Assembly: GCA_002009975.1 (NCBI GenBank)
Contig: MTLP01000007.1
Location: 32,001-96,000 of the forward strand
Source of the DNA: Thermococcus sp. JdFR-02
GTDB taxonomy: Archaea > Methanobacteriota_B > Thermococci > Thermococcales > Thermococcaceae
Direction of reading: 5' to 3'
DNA length: 64,000 bases
Shown in pieces: positions 1-14,494 of this stretch. The notes beneath the pieces are model-generated. The model saw only the letters and a list, made by a program, of their open reading frames with translations, was not told the DNA's origin and did not search any database. Position numbers and translations under genes: made by a program. The first letter of the stretch is position 1; every line of letters starts with the position of its first letter.

Positions 1-508
1 GAGAATACACTACTATTGTTTCTCCATTTAGAGCATAATTTGCACTTAGAGGCCTCTCTTTAACATAAGATGATGCCTCCTTAAATATTAAAGGCTTATC
101 TATAACGTTTACAGGGACCCTAGCAGTTATGATGTAAACATCACCGGAATGCAAAAAGCCCCAAAAGGTTAGGAGCAGTTGATATCTGCCAGCTTTAACA
201 CTCTCATTAGCTGAAAGCTTATATTTAATCTTTCTCTCTTGTGTGGAGTTCCAGTTGTGGTATATTTTCTGCTCAAGTTCTAATGTGAACCCTTTAACTT
301 CGTTAAGCCTCTCATCAACAACCTTATACTCTTTGAAGCTGACGATATCAAAGTTCAGCTCTGCATCATTTGAAAGAGTGAAGCTTCCTTCGGTGTAATC
401 CCCGCTTAAAACGTTTATCTCTCCTGTAGTTGAGAAGGTTATAAACTGTGCAGAGGCAAAAGGAAGTATCGCTAAGAGCAGTGCTGAAATAAGTAACATC
501 CTTCTCAT
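1..508 (-). CDS. Secreted/cell-surface protein, N-terminal part only (runs off window start)
   Basis: Manual translation from ATG 508: MRRMLLISALLLAILPFASAQFITFSTTGEINV..., a signal peptide followed by a beta-rich region. The frame stays open to position 1. Confidence 0.7.
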   Translation of the reverse strand, partial: MRRMLLISALLLAILPFASAQFITFSTTGEINVLSGDYTEGSFTLSNDAELNFDIVSFKEYKVVDERLNEVKGFTLELEQKIYHNWNSTQERKIKYKLSANESVKAGRYQLLLTFWGFLHSGDVYIITARVPVNVIDKPLIFKEASSYVKERPLSANYALNGETIVVYS

Positions 509-562
509 TTTCTCCCCCAAAATATTTCTCCCTTAGGATATAAAGTTCTTGCTGTGCATGAA

Positions 563-835
563 CTAACTTAGCAGAAGAAAGACTCCTATGACAGTCATAC
601 CTATGAATGCAACCATACTTAGCTTATAAAGAAAAAGCTTGGAGAACTGTTCTCTAACTATCAAGTTGATTATGCTAAGCATTGCACCATAAAACGTGCT
701 AAAAATCCCCAAAGCAAGCTTTAAATCAACTTTCAAGATTAGCAGAATCCCTAAGATTGAGCCAGCTAATACAGTTATGTGTGGTATAGTGAACATGTAA
801 TAATTCAGCAGTACTTTGTTCTCTTCCATTTCCAC
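563..835 (-). CDS. Small membrane protein (3 TM)
   Basis: 90 aa hydrophobic ORF, coupled to the upstream DUF61 gene. Confidence 0.7.
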   Translation of the reverse strand: MEMEENKVLLNYYMFTIPHITVLAGSILGILLILKVDLKLALGIFSTFYGAMLSIINLIVREQFSKLFLYKLSMVAFIGMTVIGVFLLLS

Positions 836-1240
836 TCACTCCATGATAAATGCGTATGTGGTTGTCGTTGGAAGCTTTCTTCTTATCTTTGGTAGCAGAT
901 ATCTCGGCAAGGTTACTTCACTCTTTTCCTCCAAAATGTCATAAGTTCCAAGGATTTTTTCAATAACCTTCACTTCAATTTTTCCATGAATTTTAAAGTA
1001 GCCATGCCAAACAGGAGTTAACTCTAACACTATAGGGAGAAAGAGTTTATCCTTTTCCCATTCATCTATGAGGGATGATAGGAATAAAAGCTCCTCTTTC
1101 TTGAAATAATGCTTGCTTCCATCTCTAAGTTCAACTTTTGGTTCATCCTCTTCGAGCAATTTGGCTAGGCTTTTTCTTGTTTTTGGAAGATGAAGATTAA
1201 TCCTCGAAATCTCTTTGTTTAAAATTTTGTCAATTTTCAT
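836..1240 (-). CDS. DUF61/UPF0216 family protein
   Basis: INLHLPKTRKSLAKLL...DGSKHYF...LPTTTTYAF motifs; directly downstream of atpD. Confidence 0.75.
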   Translation of the reverse strand: MKIDKILNKEISRINLHLPKTRKSLAKLLEEDEPKVELRDGSKHYFKKEELLFLSSLIDEWEKDKLFLPIVLELTPVWHGYFKIHGKIEVKVIEKILGTYDILEEKSEVTLPRYLLPKIRRKLPTTTTYAFIME

Positions 1241-1279
1241 GGACAGATCCTCAAGATGTTAATTTAACAAAATTAAAAA

Positions 1280-1921
1280 TTAGGCGTGTCTTGCCTCAAG
1301 TAAGGCTTTAACCCTCTTAAGCCTAAAGAAGTTTTCTCTCTCAATCTCATCTAAGCGCTGGCTTATGAACTTAACCGTTGCTTCCATCCTTGGGATTATT
1401 ATGTATTCCAAGGCATTAACTCTTCTTTTGGTCTTTTCAATTTCTCTTGCCAACCTTTTGAGTGTTTCCTCCACTTCTGCAAGCCTCACAGCCACATCTA
1501 AAACTTCCTCAAACTTCTGAGCGGCAATATCAACCCTCGAAGATGTAGAAACAAAGGGATATCCTCTTTCATCTGGCTTTCTCTTAAAGCTTTCAGCTTC
1601 AATTAGGGGGACTGGAACGCCCATGATATTTCTTTTTCTAATTGTTATTTCGTTGTTTGGCTTAACTCCCAAAGCAACTTCTTTAAGTTTCAGCAATCCA
1701 ACGTCAATTTCTGCTAATCTTAAGGCTGCAAAAGCCTCTTCCATCTTTTGAGCAAGCTCTTTTCTTAATGATAAGGCTTCATCATAGATAGTAAAGAATT
1801 CCATAATTAAAGCGTCCTGCTTTTCTTTGAGTAGCTTGTGACCTTTCTGGGCTAACTTGATTCTTCTCTTTAATTTAAGCAATTCCATACGTGTTGGCTT
1901 CACTTTGAGTATTTCTGGCAT
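1280..1921 (-). CDS. atpD: A/V-type ATP synthase subunit D
   Basis: [12 protein letters not shown]...[11 protein letters not shown] motifs; ATG 1921 follows GAGGTGA. Confidence 0.97.
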   Translation of the reverse strand: MPEILKVKPTRMELLKLKRRIKLAQKGHKLLKEKQDALIMEFFTIYDEALSLRKELAQKMEEAFAALRLAEIDVGLLKLKEVALGVKPNNEITIRKRNIMGVPVPLIEAESFKRKPDERGYPFVSTSSRVDIAAQKFEEVLDVAVRLAEVEETLKRLAREIEKTKRRVNALEYIIIPRMEATVKFISQRLDEIERENFFRLKRVKALLEARHA

Positions 1922-1947
1922 TTTTATCACCTCAAAAAATTAGAGAG

Positions 1948-3339
1948 CTAGGCACTTCTGCCCTTGTACTTGGGGTGATACTTTTGTATGTACTTTGGCT
2001 CGATTCTCTTAAGCTCGCTCTCTGGAAGCATGGATAAGAGTTCCCACCCTAAGTCGAGAGTCTCAAAGATTCCTCTATCCTCATCGTAGGCTTGAGCTAT
2101 GAATTCCCTTTCGAATCTATCAGCAAAGGCTAAATATTTTCTATCAATATCTGAAAGTGCTTCTTCACCAACTACAGCAACTAAGTCCCTCAAACTTCTA
2201 CCTTCTGCATAAGCTGCATACAATTGTTGGCTCAATTGTGGGTGATCGTCTCTTGTTCTTCCCTTACCAATACCATCTTTCATCAATCTTGAAAGTGAGG
2301 GTAAAACGTCAATTGGTGGATAAATTCCCTTTCTGTGCAAATCTCTACTAAGGACAATTTGTCCTTCTGTAATATAACCCGTAAGGTCTGGAATTGGGTG
2401 AGTAATGTCGTCATCAGGCATTGTTAAAATTGGCATTTGTGTGATGCTTCCTTTTCTACCTTTAACCCTACCAGCTCTTTCATAAATTGTTGCTAAATCT
2501 GTGTAGAGGTAACCTGGATAACCTCTTCTCCCTGGAACCTCCTCTCTTGCTGCAGAGATTTCTCTCAATGCTTCACAGTAGTTTGTCATGTCTGTGAGGA
2601 TAACCAAAACTTGCATGTCGTAGTCATAAGCTAAATATTCTGCGACTGTTAATGCCATTCTTGGGGTGATTATTCTTTCAATAGCTGGGTCATCAGCTAA
2701 GTTCAAGAATAGCACAGCTCTTTCTATAGCTCCAGTCTCTTCAAAGCTCTTCTTAAAGAAGTTAGCCTCTTCATAGGTAATACCCATTGCTGCAAAGACG
2801 ACTGCAAACTGTTCTTCTTCACCTAAAACCTTGGCTTGCCTTGCAATTTGAGCGGCTAATTTATTATGTGGTAAACCTGAACCGCTAAATATTGGCAACT
2901 TTTGACCTCTAACGAGTGTGTTCATACCATCTATAGCTGAAACACCTGTTTGGATGAAGTCTCTTGGATAGGCTCTAGCTACTGGATTTAATGGAGCACC
3001 GTGAACATCTCTTCTGTCCTCTGGAATTATGTCTGGACCTCCATCGATTGGTCTCCCAATACCATTGAATATTCTCCCAAGCATATCGATTGAGACTGGA
3101 ACCTTTAATGTTTCACCGGTGAACCTAACTCTTGTGCTTTTAACATCTAAGTCTCTCGTTCCCTCGAAAACTTGAACAATTGCCAAGTTTTCTCTAGCTT
3201 CAAGCACTTGTCCCTTCCTTTTTCCTCCATCAGGCAGCTCTATCTCAACAACTTCACCATAAGCTACTCCCTTAACTCCTTCGATAATCATTAGAGGACC
3301 GTAGATTTTGCTAATTGTGGAGTATTCTTTTCCAACCAT
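1948..3339 (-). CDS. atpB: A/V-type ATP synthase subunit B
   Basis: [28 protein letters not shown] and [11 protein letters not shown] motifs. Confidence 0.98.
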   Translation of the reverse strand: MVGKEYSTISKIYGPLMIIEGVKGVAYGEVVEIELPDGGKRKGQVLEARENLAIVQVFEGTRDLDVKSTRVRFTGETLKVPVSIDMLGRIFNGIGRPIDGGPDIIPEDRRDVHGAPLNPVARAYPRDFIQTGVSAIDGMNTLVRGQKLPIFSGSGLPHNKLAAQIARQAKVLGEEEQFAVVFAAMGITYEEANFFKKSFEETGAIERAVLFLNLADDPAIERIITPRMALTVAEYLAYDYDMQVLVILTDMTNYCEALREISAAREEVPGRRGYPGYLYTDLATIYERAGRVKGRKGSITQMPILTMPDDDITHPIPDLTGYITEGQIVLSRDLHRKGIYPPIDVLPSLSRLMKDGIGKGRTRDDHPQLSQQLYAAYAEGRSLRDLVAVVGEEALSDIDRKYLAFADRFEREFIAQAYDEDRGIFETLDLGWELLSMLPESELKRIEPKYIQKYHPKYKGRSA

Positions 3340-3344
3340 TTTGT

Positions 3345-5102
3345 TCACGCTCCATACTTATTAAAGAGTTCTTCAAATTGCTCTTTTGTTTCATCCATGA
3401 GCTTTGCAATTTCCTCAACATTTGCCTCATACTTCATTCTACCAATCTTTTCCCTGACTGGAAGTTTGGCTATCTCTTCAACTGGGATCCCTCTATCAAT
3501 TGCTTGCATTGTGTATTCATAAAAGTTGAGAAGTGTTTTCATCATGGTTATTTGCTTCTTTGGTGGACAATATGTATCAACTTCATGGAAAGCATCCTGT
3601 TGGAGGTAATCTTCTCTAATCATTCTCGCAACTAAGAGAATTGCCCTCTCTCTATCTGGAAGTGCATCTGGACCTACGATTCTAACAATCTCTTGCAATT
3701 CGGCTTCTTTTTGTAATAGCTCCATAGCTCTGTCTCTTAAAGCTTTCCACTCTAAATCAACATTACTTTGCCACCAGCTTTTTACAGCATCAACATAAAG
3801 TGAGTAGCTCATTAGCCAGTTAATTGCTGGGAAGTGCCTTCTTCTTGCCAAATCTGCATCCAATGCCCAAAATACCTTAACCACTCTCAATGTGTTTTGG
3901 ACGACTGGTTCACTAAAGTCTCCACCCGGTGGTGAAACTGCACCGATGACACTAACACTTCCCACTCTTTCATCACTTCCTAGAACCCTAACTCTACCAG
4001 CTCTCTCATAGAACTCGGCAATTTTACTTGCAAGGTAAGCTGGATAACCCTCTTCACCAGGCATTTCCTCTAAACGACCTGATATTTCTCTCAATGCTTC
4101 AGCCCATCTTGAAGTTGAGTCTGCCATTAAAGCAACATCATACCCCATGTCTCTAAAGTACTCCGCAATTGTAATTCCAGTGTAAATTGAAGCCTCTCTT
4201 GCTGCAACAGGCATGTTTGAAGTGTTAGCAATTAAAACAGTTCTCTCCATCAATGGCTTTCCACTTCTTGGATCTTTTAGCTTTGGAAACTCCTCAAGAA
4301 CATCTGTCATCTCGTTACCTCTCTCACCACAACCAATGTAAACTACAACTTGGGCATCACTCCACTTTGCTAATTGATGTTGTGTAACAGTTTTTCCACT
4401 TCCAAATGGTCCTGGAATTGCTGCAGTTCCTCCCTTAGCTTGTGGGAAGAAGGTGTCAATTATTCTTTGTCCTGTAATTAATGGAACCTCTGGAGGAAGC
4501 TTTTCTTTATAGGGTCTCTTTTGTCTTACAGGCCACTTGTGATACATCTTTAGCTCTTTTATCTCCCCGCTTGGAGTTTTTACTTTTGCAATAACCTCTT
4601 CGATGGTGTACTCCCCTTCTTCCGCAATCTCGACTATTTCTCCCTCGACATGTGGAGGAACCATAATTTTGTGCTCTATTAAGCTTGTCTCTGGAACAAC
4701 ACCCAAAATATCGCCGCCAACAACTTTATCGCCAACTTTTACTTTTGGAGTGAAGTGCCATTTCTTTTCCCTATCCAAAGCTGGAGCAGTTAATCCTCTT
4801 GCAATGAAGTCACCACTTTTTTCTCTAAGAATTTCAAGAGGTCTTTGAATACCATCATAAATTGAGGTAAGTAATCCAGGACCTAATTCAACACTCAATG
4901 AAGCACCTGTTCCAATAACGGGTTCGCCTGGTTTAATACCTGCAGTTTCCTCGTAAACTTGTATAACAGCTGTATCCCCTTCTAAACGAATGATCTCACC
5001 AATTAATCCCAATTCACCAACCCTAACTACCTCGTACATTCTGCTTCCTCTCATTCCATCGGCAACTACCAAAGGTCCAGTAACCCTAATTATTTTTCCC
5101 AT
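3345..5102 (-). CDS. atpA: A/V-type ATP synthase subunit A (no intein)
   Basis: Walker [29 protein letters not shown]. Confidence 0.98.
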   Translation of the reverse strand: MGKIIRVTGPLVVADGMRGSRMYEVVRVGELGLIGEIIRLEGDTAVIQVYEETAGIKPGEPVIGTGASLSVELGPGLLTSIYDGIQRPLEILREKSGDFIARGLTAPALDREKKWHFTPKVKVGDKVVGGDILGVVPETSLIEHKIMVPPHVEGEIVEIAEEGEYTIEEVIAKVKTPSGEIKELKMYHKWPVRQKRPYKEKLPPEVPLITGQRIIDTFFPQAKGGTAAIPGPFGSGKTVTQHQLAKWSDAQVVVYIGCGERGNEMTDVLEEFPKLKDPRSGKPLMERTVLIANTSNMPVAAREASIYTGITIAEYFRDMGYDVALMADSTSRWAEALREISGRLEEMPGEEGYPAYLASKIAEFYERAGRVRVLGSDERVGSVSVIGAVSPPGGDFSEPVVQNTLRVVKVFWALDADLARRRHFPAINWLMSYSLYVDAVKSWWQSNVDLEWKALRDRAMELLQKEAELQEIVRIVGPDALPDRERAILLVARMIREDYLQQDAFHEVDTYCPPKKQITMMKTLLNFYEYTMQAIDRGIPVEEIAKLPVREKIGRMKYEANVEEIAKLMDETKEQFEELFNKYGA

Positions 5103-5107
5103 CTTTT

Positions 5108-5416
5108 TCACCTCTTAATTTCTACACCAATGGCTTTCCTAACTATTTCCCTCAATTGGGCTTCACCATATATTGAACCAAACTTATCGGGAATTTGAAG
5201 GATGATTGGGAACTTAACTTCTGGGATTTCAACTCTCTCAGCTAATCTTTCTGTAATAAGTATTATACCAACATCTTCCCTCTCAATGAGCTCTTTTAAC
5301 TTGTTCTTAGCCCTTTCAGTTTCTAAGGAAGTTTCTCCAAATGAATAGGCTTCGTGAACTCCTGCAAGCTTAAAGCCGAGAACTGTATCCATATCACCCA
5401 TTAAGACTATCTTCAT
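5108..5416 (-). CDS. atpF: A/V-type ATP synthase subunit F
   Basis: [15 protein letters not shown] motif and operon position. Confidence 0.95.
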   Translation of the reverse strand: MKIVLMGDMDTVLGFKLAGVHEAYSFGETSLETERAKNKLKELIEREDVGIILITERLAERVEIPEVKFPIILQIPDKFGSIYGEAQLREIVRKAIGVEIKR

Positions 5417-6525
5417 GGTATCTCACCTATAATTGTCTTTATTTTCTCTGGCTTTATTTTATCTTCGATTAGCTTTGCTATTGCTTTTAGCTTTCTAACT
5501 TCACTTTCTTTTTGCAGGATATAACTGACTGGTACAGCAACGCTTAATGGGTAAAATCTTGTGAACTCAATCATTTTTCTCCTTATGAACTTCTCAAAGG
5601 CTACTTCAAATGAAGCAAGATCACCTTTCTCCAGTTCCTCTCTTACTTCTCTAACTATCTCTGAATATTTCGTTGAGTCAAGCTCTGCTAAAGCCATGCT
5701 TAAATCTTCAACGTTCAAAAGTGTTTCAATCGTCCTTTGGCTTAAGCTTCCTTCCATTAGGAGCATTGATTTAATCTTTTCAGAACTTAATCTGTGAAGC
5801 TTTGCCCTTAAGATTGTTAAAATATTTATCTTGTCTATCTTGAGTTTTACGAATTCCTCGAGTATCTTCCTCTCTTCATCTCCTCTTGAAAGTGCAAAAT
5901 TAAGTAGCTTTAGATAATGCATCCTGTAAAGCTCTGTTTCAAACTCTTCGACGCTTATTTCCTTTAGAAGAAGCTTTTGATAAACTTCTTCATATTCTGT
6001 ACCCTCAAGAATTACCAGAATTTCTTCCATTGTTTTAGCTTCTGCCATTGCTTTTATCTTTTCAATCATAGTTCCAAGCTCTGCTACATAATCCCTAGCA
6101 ACTTCTCCATAAAGTTTTGCTTTTACGACAGATGAGATATTTCTAACATCCCACTCTTCGAGAAGCAAGTTAAAAAATTGCCTAACCCTTTTGGGCAATA
6201 TTTTGAACATTAAGGCATAGGTATCTGCAAGGGCTTCATCAAAAGCTCTATCAATTGTTTCTGCGGTATATGAATTTAATTTGCTTAGATATGGCTTGTA
6301 ATCGCTATCTTCTAAATTCATAACAAAATTATTCAAAGTCTTTGATTCTGCAAGTTCAGAAAATCTCTGCTCAGTGAAGAATCTCGCTTCCATGGCTCTA
6401 ATCCTTGCGTTTGGGTAGGAATATGGAGTATATTTCCAAATAATCCTGCTCGTTTTATATCCTATCCAAGTAAAAATCAATGCTAATGTTGTGTCTAAAA
6501 TGCCTGTTATGGTGTTTATCTCCAT
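5413..6525 (-). CDS. atpC: A/V-type ATP synthase subunit C
   Basis: YPNARIRAM motif and operon position. Confidence 0.95.
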   Translation of the reverse strand: MEINTITGILDTTLALIFTWIGYKTSRIIWKYTPYSYPNARIRAMEARFFTEQRFSELAESKTLNNFVMNLEDSDYKPYLSKLNSYTAETIDRAFDEALADTYALMFKILPKRVRQFFNLLLEEWDVRNISSVVKAKLYGEVARDYVAELGTMIEKIKAMAEAKTMEEILVILEGTEYEEVYQKLLLKEISVEEFETELYRMHYLKLLNFALSRGDEERKILEEFVKLKIDKINILTILRAKLHRLSSEKIKSMLLMEGSLSQRTIETLLNVEDLSMALAELDSTKYSEIVREVREELEKGDLASFEVAFEKFIRRKMIEFTRFYPLSVAVPVSYILQKESEVRKLKAIAKLIEDKIKPEKIKTIIGEIP

Positions 6526-6531
6526 AATCTT

Positions 6532-7143
6532 TCACCCAAAGAGTGCTTTTGCTATTATACTTCTGAGTTCGCTTTGTAACCTTTCAATTCTGGCTTCGAA
6601 GGTGTTATCAACCCTCACATTACCTTCTTGATTCTCTACCACTACCCCTCCAATTGTTTCTCTCTTGGTGCCAATTTCAATGCTAATTTCTTTCCCTAAC
6701 TTCTCTTTAAGGAAGGATTTTACCTCTTCAATATTTCCTGCTATCATCTGTAATGTGGCTTCATTGGAGCTAATTCTTACCCTAGTTTCTCCCAGCTCTG
6801 CAACAGCTTGCAGTATTAAGTTTTTAACTATCTCAAAGTACTCTTCTTCTGGTAGTGATGAGAGCCTTTCTTTGAGACCCGTAAATACTTCGTTTATAAA
6901 CGTCTCTTGTGTTTGCAGCTTTTTCCTTCTAATTTCAAGCTTTGCATTTGCTATGATTCTGCTCTTTTCAATCTCTGCTTGTGTTTGAGCTTTTCTTATT
7001 ATCCATTCCGCTTTTGATTGTGCTCTACGTTCTGCTTCTTTTTTTATCTGCTCTGCTTGCTCCCTTGCCTCGTTTATGATATAATTTATCTTTTGTTCTG
7101 CTTCTCTGTGGATTTCATCGATGATCAGTTTTGCTCCTTCCAT
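6532..7143 (-). CDS. atpE: A/V-type ATP synthase subunit E
   Basis: Coiled N-terminus; IGGVVV...VRVDNTFEARIE. Confidence 0.95.
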   Translation of the reverse strand: MEGAKLIIDEIHREAEQKINYIINEAREQAEQIKKEAERRAQSKAEWIIRKAQTQAEIEKSRIIANAKLEIRRKKLQTQETFINEVFTGLKERLSSLPEEEYFEIVKNLILQAVAELGETRVRISSNEATLQMIAGNIEEVKSFLKEKLGKEISIEIGTKRETIGGVVVENQEGNVRVDNTFEARIERLQSELRSIIAKALFG

Positions 7144-7181
7144 AGCTTTTCCTCCTTATGGAATTAAGGAAAAGGAGTAGC

Positions 7182-9661
<2,480 letters not shown>

Positions 9662-9662
9662 C

Positions 9663-9974
9663 TTAGATCCCTCTTATTAACTTTATCGCCTCGTTAATGG
9701 CTTTTTCGAAATTTTCAGTTGCTTTGACTTTAAGATCTTCAAGCTCCTTCTTGCCACTTTCTATTATAATCTTTGCTTCACTCTCCCCTTCTTTCTTCTT
9801 TTCCTCGATTATTGCTTTAGCTTTCTTTTCTGCTTCCTCTAAAATTCTTTTCTCTATTTCTTTTGCTTCCTCTTTAGCTTTCAAAATAATAGCTTTTGCT
9901 TCCTCTTTTGCCTTTTCAATACGTATTTCGGCCTCTTTTTCTGCATCTACGATTTGCTTAATAATATCTTCCAT
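9663..9974 (-). CDS. atpH: A/V-type ATP synthase subunit H
   Basis: Charged coiled coil MEDIIKQIVDAEKEA; first gene of the operon; start moved to ATG 9974. Confidence 0.9.
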   Translation of the reverse strand: MEDIIKQIVDAEKEAEIRIEKAKEEAKAIILKAKEEAKEIEKRILEEAEKKAKAIIEEKKKEGESEAKIIIESGKKELEDLKVKATENFEKAINEAIKLIRGI

Positions 9975-10190
9975 GAGCATCATCTCCCAATGATAGGTGA
10001 AAATAAGGTACATTTTTGGCTATGATGATTAGTTTAAATAGTTTATGCTCATATAACATGGCATTTCTGCAAATTGCTTGCTAAGGGTGAAAATATTTTC
10101 ATCATTATGTCAAGAATATTGAAAATTAATGAAAGATTATTCAAAAATTTTTAAAACAAAATGTCAAAAAGAGAACAACATTGATCAAAC

Positions 10191-10877
10191 TTATTCTTCA
10201 GACCTCTTTCTTTCAAAGATATTCTTAACGTCCTTTAAAGTGGTGTTTCTAGCAAAAACAACTATTTGTCCCTTCTTTGGAAGTTTTGTATCTCCAGAGG
10301 GTATTATTAGGTTTCCCTTCTCGTCATATATTGCTACAATTAAGGAATCTTTTGGCAGTCCAAGTTCCTTTACCAATTTTTCTGAAACTTCATTGTCACC
10401 ATTTATTTGGAACTCTACTATTTCGGCTCCCTCTTTTGGGAATATAACTCTGTTGAATCCGGGAGTGAGGATACTCCTAAAGATGTAGTTGGCGGCTATT
10501 TCTTCAGGGCTTATTACAAAATCAAAGTATCTCTTTAAGTCTTCTACCTTCTCAAAGACTTCCTTGTTTTTTGGATTGCTAACCCTAAGCACGGTTATTA
10601 CATTTGGGTTCAAATGTTTGGCTAGAATACACGCTAAAAGGTTTGCATCATCTCTACCAGTTAAGGCAGCAAATGCATCGGCTTGTTTTATGTTTGCTTC
10701 TTCAAGGGTCTTTTGGTCAGTTGCATCGCCTTCAATAACCAATCCATTAATGAGGAAAGAAAGTTCCTTAGCTCTCTCCTTTTCCATCTCTATTATTGTG
10801 ACATCATGACCCTCATTCTCAAGCATCTTCGCAACCAAGTATCCAACTCTACCAGCCCCCATAATAACAACAAACAT
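10191..10877 (-). CDS. trkA: TrkA-family potassium uptake regulatory subunit
   Basis: GAGRVG Rossmann fold (RCK-N) plus TrkA-C domain. Confidence 0.92.
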   Translation of the reverse strand: MFVVIMGAGRVGYLVAKMLENEGHDVTIIEMEKERAKELSFLINGLVIEGDATDQKTLEEANIKQADAFAALTGRDDANLLACILAKHLNPNVITVLRVSNPKNKEVFEKVEDLKRYFDFVISPEEIAANYIFRSILTPGFNRVIFPKEGAEIVEFQINGDNEVSEKLVKELGLPKDSLIVAIYDEKGNLIIPSGDTKLPKKGQIVVFARNTTLKDVKNIFERKRSEE

Positions 10878-10882
10878 CTAAT

Positions 10883-12412
10883 TCACCTCTTTTTCGCTTG
10901 AAGCAACACCTTAGCTATCTCTGCATAGGCTGGTCTTGTTATGGTTATACCAATTAATACTCCAAGTATTGTTGTGAAGGCAAATCCTCTTAGTCCACCA
11001 ACGAAGAATTTGAACAAGAAGCTCATTGCTACTATTGTGGTTGATGCTGACGCTAAGATTACAAAGAATGCCCTACCCATCCTTTTCAGCATGCTGCTCC
11101 TCTTAACGATTCTCTCCTTTCTTTCACTTCCTAAGAGTTCATCGGTAATAACTATTTGCTGGTCAACGCCGGTGCCAATTGCCGCTATAATTCCGGCTAT
11201 ACTTGGCAAATCTAGGTTCCATTTAATTAACGCAGCGATTCCAAGTATTATTATAACTTCACTTAAGCTTGTCGTCACAACTGGTACAGCGATACTAATC
11301 TTTCTGTAGTGAGCATATATAACAAGTCCAACAACTATTAAAGCTGCTATTCCCGCTATTAGAACTTGTTTCTTAAAGTTCTCACCCAATTCTGGAGAAA
11401 TGTATTGAGAACCTTCCACATAGACCTTTATTGGCAGTGATCCACTGCTCAATACTACCGCTATGACTTGAGCTTCGTGTTGGGCTATATATTGATCTGG
11501 AGCAGTTCCAGTAATTTCAACGTCTGTTGAAGGTACACCCCTTGCCAATCCTTCACTTAAAGTATAAGGACCGTATAATCCTAAAGCTCTCGTTATGACC
11601 TCTGTTAGATCTTCATTTGTTCCCCTCTCAAAGTATCTAACTTTTATCCCCTTAGCATCGAGTTGTTCTTTTAGACCACTATCAACATCTATCAGCACTA
11701 TCAATTCCTTGTCCTTAGCCAAGCTCATAATTTCATCGATACTTTGATTTGTGTATGTGATGGTGTCTATATTGAAAGCTTTTTTAATACGCTCTGTTAG
11801 AGGCATTGCTTGAGGAGCCTTGGCTTTAAATTCATTTGATGTCATTAAAGCGTAAACATCTGGAGAGACTACTAAGAGGGAGTTCTTTGGAGGGTCTAAA
11901 AACATGTCAACTGGATAGTTTGCTTTTCCTTCAGCTATTTTAGCAAATTTTTCTGCTGCAGTTTTTGAAATCCTAAATGGGACATGCCATTTGTAGTATC
12001 CACCAGAGGGTTCTATACGAATGTTAAACACTTGTTCTATATCCTCTCCAGTTGCGAAGATTTCTCCCTCAAATTCTGCAAAGAATACACCTTGTCTCTC
12101 AATAGTTTCTTTTATGCTTTGGGCTTCCTCTTCCGTAACTCCTGCAACTTTAACTAAAATAAACTGGTCTCCCCAAGGTTGAATCTTAATATCCTTTACT
12201 CCAAGCTGATTTAATCTCTTATCTAAAGACACCCTAACTTGCTCCATTGTAGCAGAATCCACAGGTTTTTCCAATTTTACAGTTATAGCGCTCCCACCAC
12301 TTATGTCAAGACCAAAAGTTAATCCATAAGCTAAAAGTGAAGCTATTGAACCCATGATGAAGATTAGAAGCAGTAACACTCTTCCATTAAGTAGAACTTT
12401 TTTCCAGCTCAT
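10883..12412 (-). CDS. secD: Preprotein translocase subunit SecD
   Basis: [23 protein letters not shown] motifs. Confidence 0.95.
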   Translation of the reverse strand: MSWKKVLLNGRVLLLLIFIMGSIASLLAYGLTFGLDISGGSAITVKLEKPVDSATMEQVRVSLDKRLNQLGVKDIKIQPWGDQFILVKVAGVTEEEAQSIKETIERQGVFFAEFEGEIFATGEDIEQVFNIRIEPSGGYYKWHVPFRISKTAAEKFAKIAEGKANYPVDMFLDPPKNSLLVVSPDVYALMTSNEFKAKAPQAMPLTERIKKAFNIDTITYTNQSIDEIMSLAKDKELIVLIDVDSGLKEQLDAKGIKVRYFERGTNEDLTEVITRALGLYGPYTLSEGLARGVPSTDVEITGTAPDQYIAQHEAQVIAVVLSSGSLPIKVYVEGSQYISPELGENFKKQVLIAGIAALIVVGLVIYAHYRKISIAVPVVTTSLSEVIIILGIAALIKWNLDLPSIAGIIAAIGTGVDQQIVITDELLGSERKERIVKRSSMLKRMGRAFFVILASASTTIVAMSFLFKFFVGGLRGFAFTTILGVLIGITITRPAYAEIAKVLLQAKKR

Positions 12413-13269
12413 TTGGATCCCCTCCTAGCTAAATACCACTTAAGAACACCAGCATTTAATATCCATGTGTTCATGAAATCCGCAAGCAAACCAAACATCA
12501 GAACTATGGCTATCTCGTCAATTACTTTAGCTGTAGAAAAGAGCCATAGGGAGAATAGGGCGCCCAATGTGGTTGTAGTCATTGTAAATCCCGTCTTTAC
12601 AGCCGAAAGATAAGCTTCTTCAACAGTATCTTCTTTTCTCTTTAGAATTTTGGTTGTTAAAAGAATATTGCTATCAACGGAGTAACCTATCAACATTAAC
12701 AAAGCCGCTATGGTTGCTTGACTTAATTGTATACCAACTATGCTCATTAAGGCTACAGCTACTGTCATGTCGGACAGTGCAGAGAAAATAACGGTGAAAG
12801 AAGGCACTAATACTCTAAAGAATAGGAAAACAACGATAGCCATTCCAATAAATGCCAACGCTATTGCCTTTATTCCTTGTTGCTGTGCCATTTGACCAAA
12901 AGTAGGTTGAACCTCTGTGTGAGCATATTTAGCATCTGGAAACTTTTGCTGGAGAAGCTTTATCACATCATTTGGATCTATTGTTGAAGGAGCATAGATG
13001 TTTAAACCACTCCCACCGATCCCAGAAAACCTCTCCACTCTAACTTCTACATTTAGATCATTTGATAGGTATTTAGCGATGTCATCTGGATTTGCATTAA
13101 CCCCATAAGCCGTTACAACAACGCCACCTTTCAAGTCAATACCCAGTTGAGGAAACTTAAAAGCAACTATCAACACCGCTATTAGGAATATTACCAAAGG
13201 ATAAGTAATCATTTTTTTGTATCTCATTTCAGCGAGCTTTTTCAAATGTTTTTCTAGCATTAACTCCAC
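12409..13269 (-). CDS. secF: Preprotein translocase subunit SecF
   Basis: GIDLKGG and [11 protein letters not shown] motifs. Confidence 0.95.
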   Translation of the reverse strand: MELMLEKHLKKLAEMRYKKMITYPLVIFLIAVLIVAFKFPQLGIDLKGGVVVTAYGVNANPDDIAKYLSNDLNVEVRVERFSGIGGSGLNIYAPSTIDPNDVIKLLQQKFPDAKYAHTEVQPTFGQMAQQQGIKAIALAFIGMAIVVFLFFRVLVPSFTVIFSALSDMTVAVALMSIVGIQLSQATIAALLMLIGYSVDSNILLTTKILKRKEDTVEEAYLSAVKTGFTMTTTTLGALFSLWLFSTAKVIDEIAIVLMFGLLADFMNTWILNAGVLKWYLARRGSK

Positions 13270-13381
13270 CCCGCATTATTTTTAGGACTCTCAAATAAAT
13301 CTTTTTCCATTACAATTGAATTACTGTTGGTGAAAACTATCTAATACTATTTAAATTTGTGCTTAACATTAGGTATGTATA

Positions 13382-14482
13382 ATGGTGATGGAGATGTTTG
13401 AGAAGGGTTATATTGATGGGAATTATGTTAGGGTTTCGAGGGATGAGCTATTTTCATTTGTTGTGAAAGTTCTCACAAAGCTTGGAGTTAGCAAAGAAGA
13501 TGCAGAAATTGTTGCGGACAACTTGATAATGGCTGATTTGAGGGGGATTGAGAGTCATGGCGTTCAAAGGCTAAAGAGATACGTTGATGGGATTCTAAGC
13601 GGGGGAATAAATCTGAAGCCGAACATTAGGATTGTCAGGGAAGGGCCTTCTTATGCGTTGGTTGATGGTGATGAGGGATTGGGTCAAGTTGTTGGTTATA
13701 AGGCGATGAAGCTGGCGATTGAAAAAGCCAAGAGGAGCGGCATTGGAGTTGTTGTTGTGAGGAACAGTAACCATTATGGTATTGCTGGATATTATGCTTT
13801 GATGGCTGCTAAGGAGAAAATGGTTGGAATAAGCATGACGAATTCTCGTCCGTTAGTTGCTCCAACTGGTGGGGTGGAAAGGTTTTTGGGGACGAATCCG
13901 ATCTCAATTGCAGCTCCTACTAAAGGAAAGCCTTTTCTTTTGGATATGGCTACTAGCGTGGTTCCAATTGGGAAATTGGAAGTTTATAGAAGGAAGGGTA
14001 AGCCTATTCCAGAGGGATGGGCGATAGACAAAGAGGGTAATGTGACTATAGAAGTTGAAGACGTTTTTAATGGAGGTGCTTTGTTGCCTTTGGGTGGTTT
14101 TGGGGAGCTTTTTGGTGGGCATAAGGGTTATGGGCTTAGCGTAATGGTTGACATTTTAGCGGGGATTCTAAGTGGTGGAACTTGGAGTAAGCATGTGAAG
14201 AATACAAGTGATAAAGGTAGCAATGTATGTCACTTCTTCATGGCGATTAACATTGAAGCTTTTGTTCCTCTCGAGGAGTTTGAGGAGAAGATGAGCAGGA
14301 TGATTGAGGAGTTGAAAAGTTCGAGGAAGCATAGGGATTTTGAGAGAATCTGGATTCATGGTGAAAAGGGTTTCTTAACAGAGGAGACAAGACTTAAAAT
14401 TGGAATCCCAATTTACAAAAAAGTCTTGGAAGAACTGAATGAAATAGCAGATAGTCTTAAAATAGAGAGGTTGAAAGTATAG
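13382..14482 (+). CDS. Ldh_2/ComC-type malate/L-lactate dehydrogenase family oxidoreductase
   Basis: ADLRGIESHG, NSNHYG, GTNPIS, GHKGYGL motifs; upstream of malic enzyme. Confidence 0.88.
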   Translation: MVMEMFEKGYIDGNYVRVSRDELFSFVVKVLTKLGVSKEDAEIVADNLIMADLRGIESHGVQRLKRYVDGILSGGINLKPNIRIVREGPSYALVDGDEGLGQVVGYKAMKLAIEKAKRSGIGVVVVRNSNHYGIAGYYALMAAKEKMVGISMTNSRPLVAPTGGVERFLGTNPISIAAPTKGKPFLLDMATSVVPIGKLEVYRRKGKPIPEGWAIDKEGNVTIEVEDVFNGGALLPLGGFGELFGGHKGYGLSVMVDILAGILSGGTWSKHVKNTSDKGSNVCHFFMAINIEAFVPLEEFEEKMSRMIEELKSSRKHRDFERIWIHGEKGFLTEETRLKIGIPIYKKVLEELNEIADSLKIERLKV

Positions 14483-14494
14483 GGTGGTGATTTT

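Noticed and set aside
3345-5102. Possible intein in atpA (also checked alaS, elp3, helicase, KaiC)
   Set aside because: Lengths are normal and there are no intein splice motifs.
10020-10060. ATGATGA C-box upstream of the ATP synthase operon
   Set aside because: There is no properly spaced CTGA D box, and it overlaps the promoter region.
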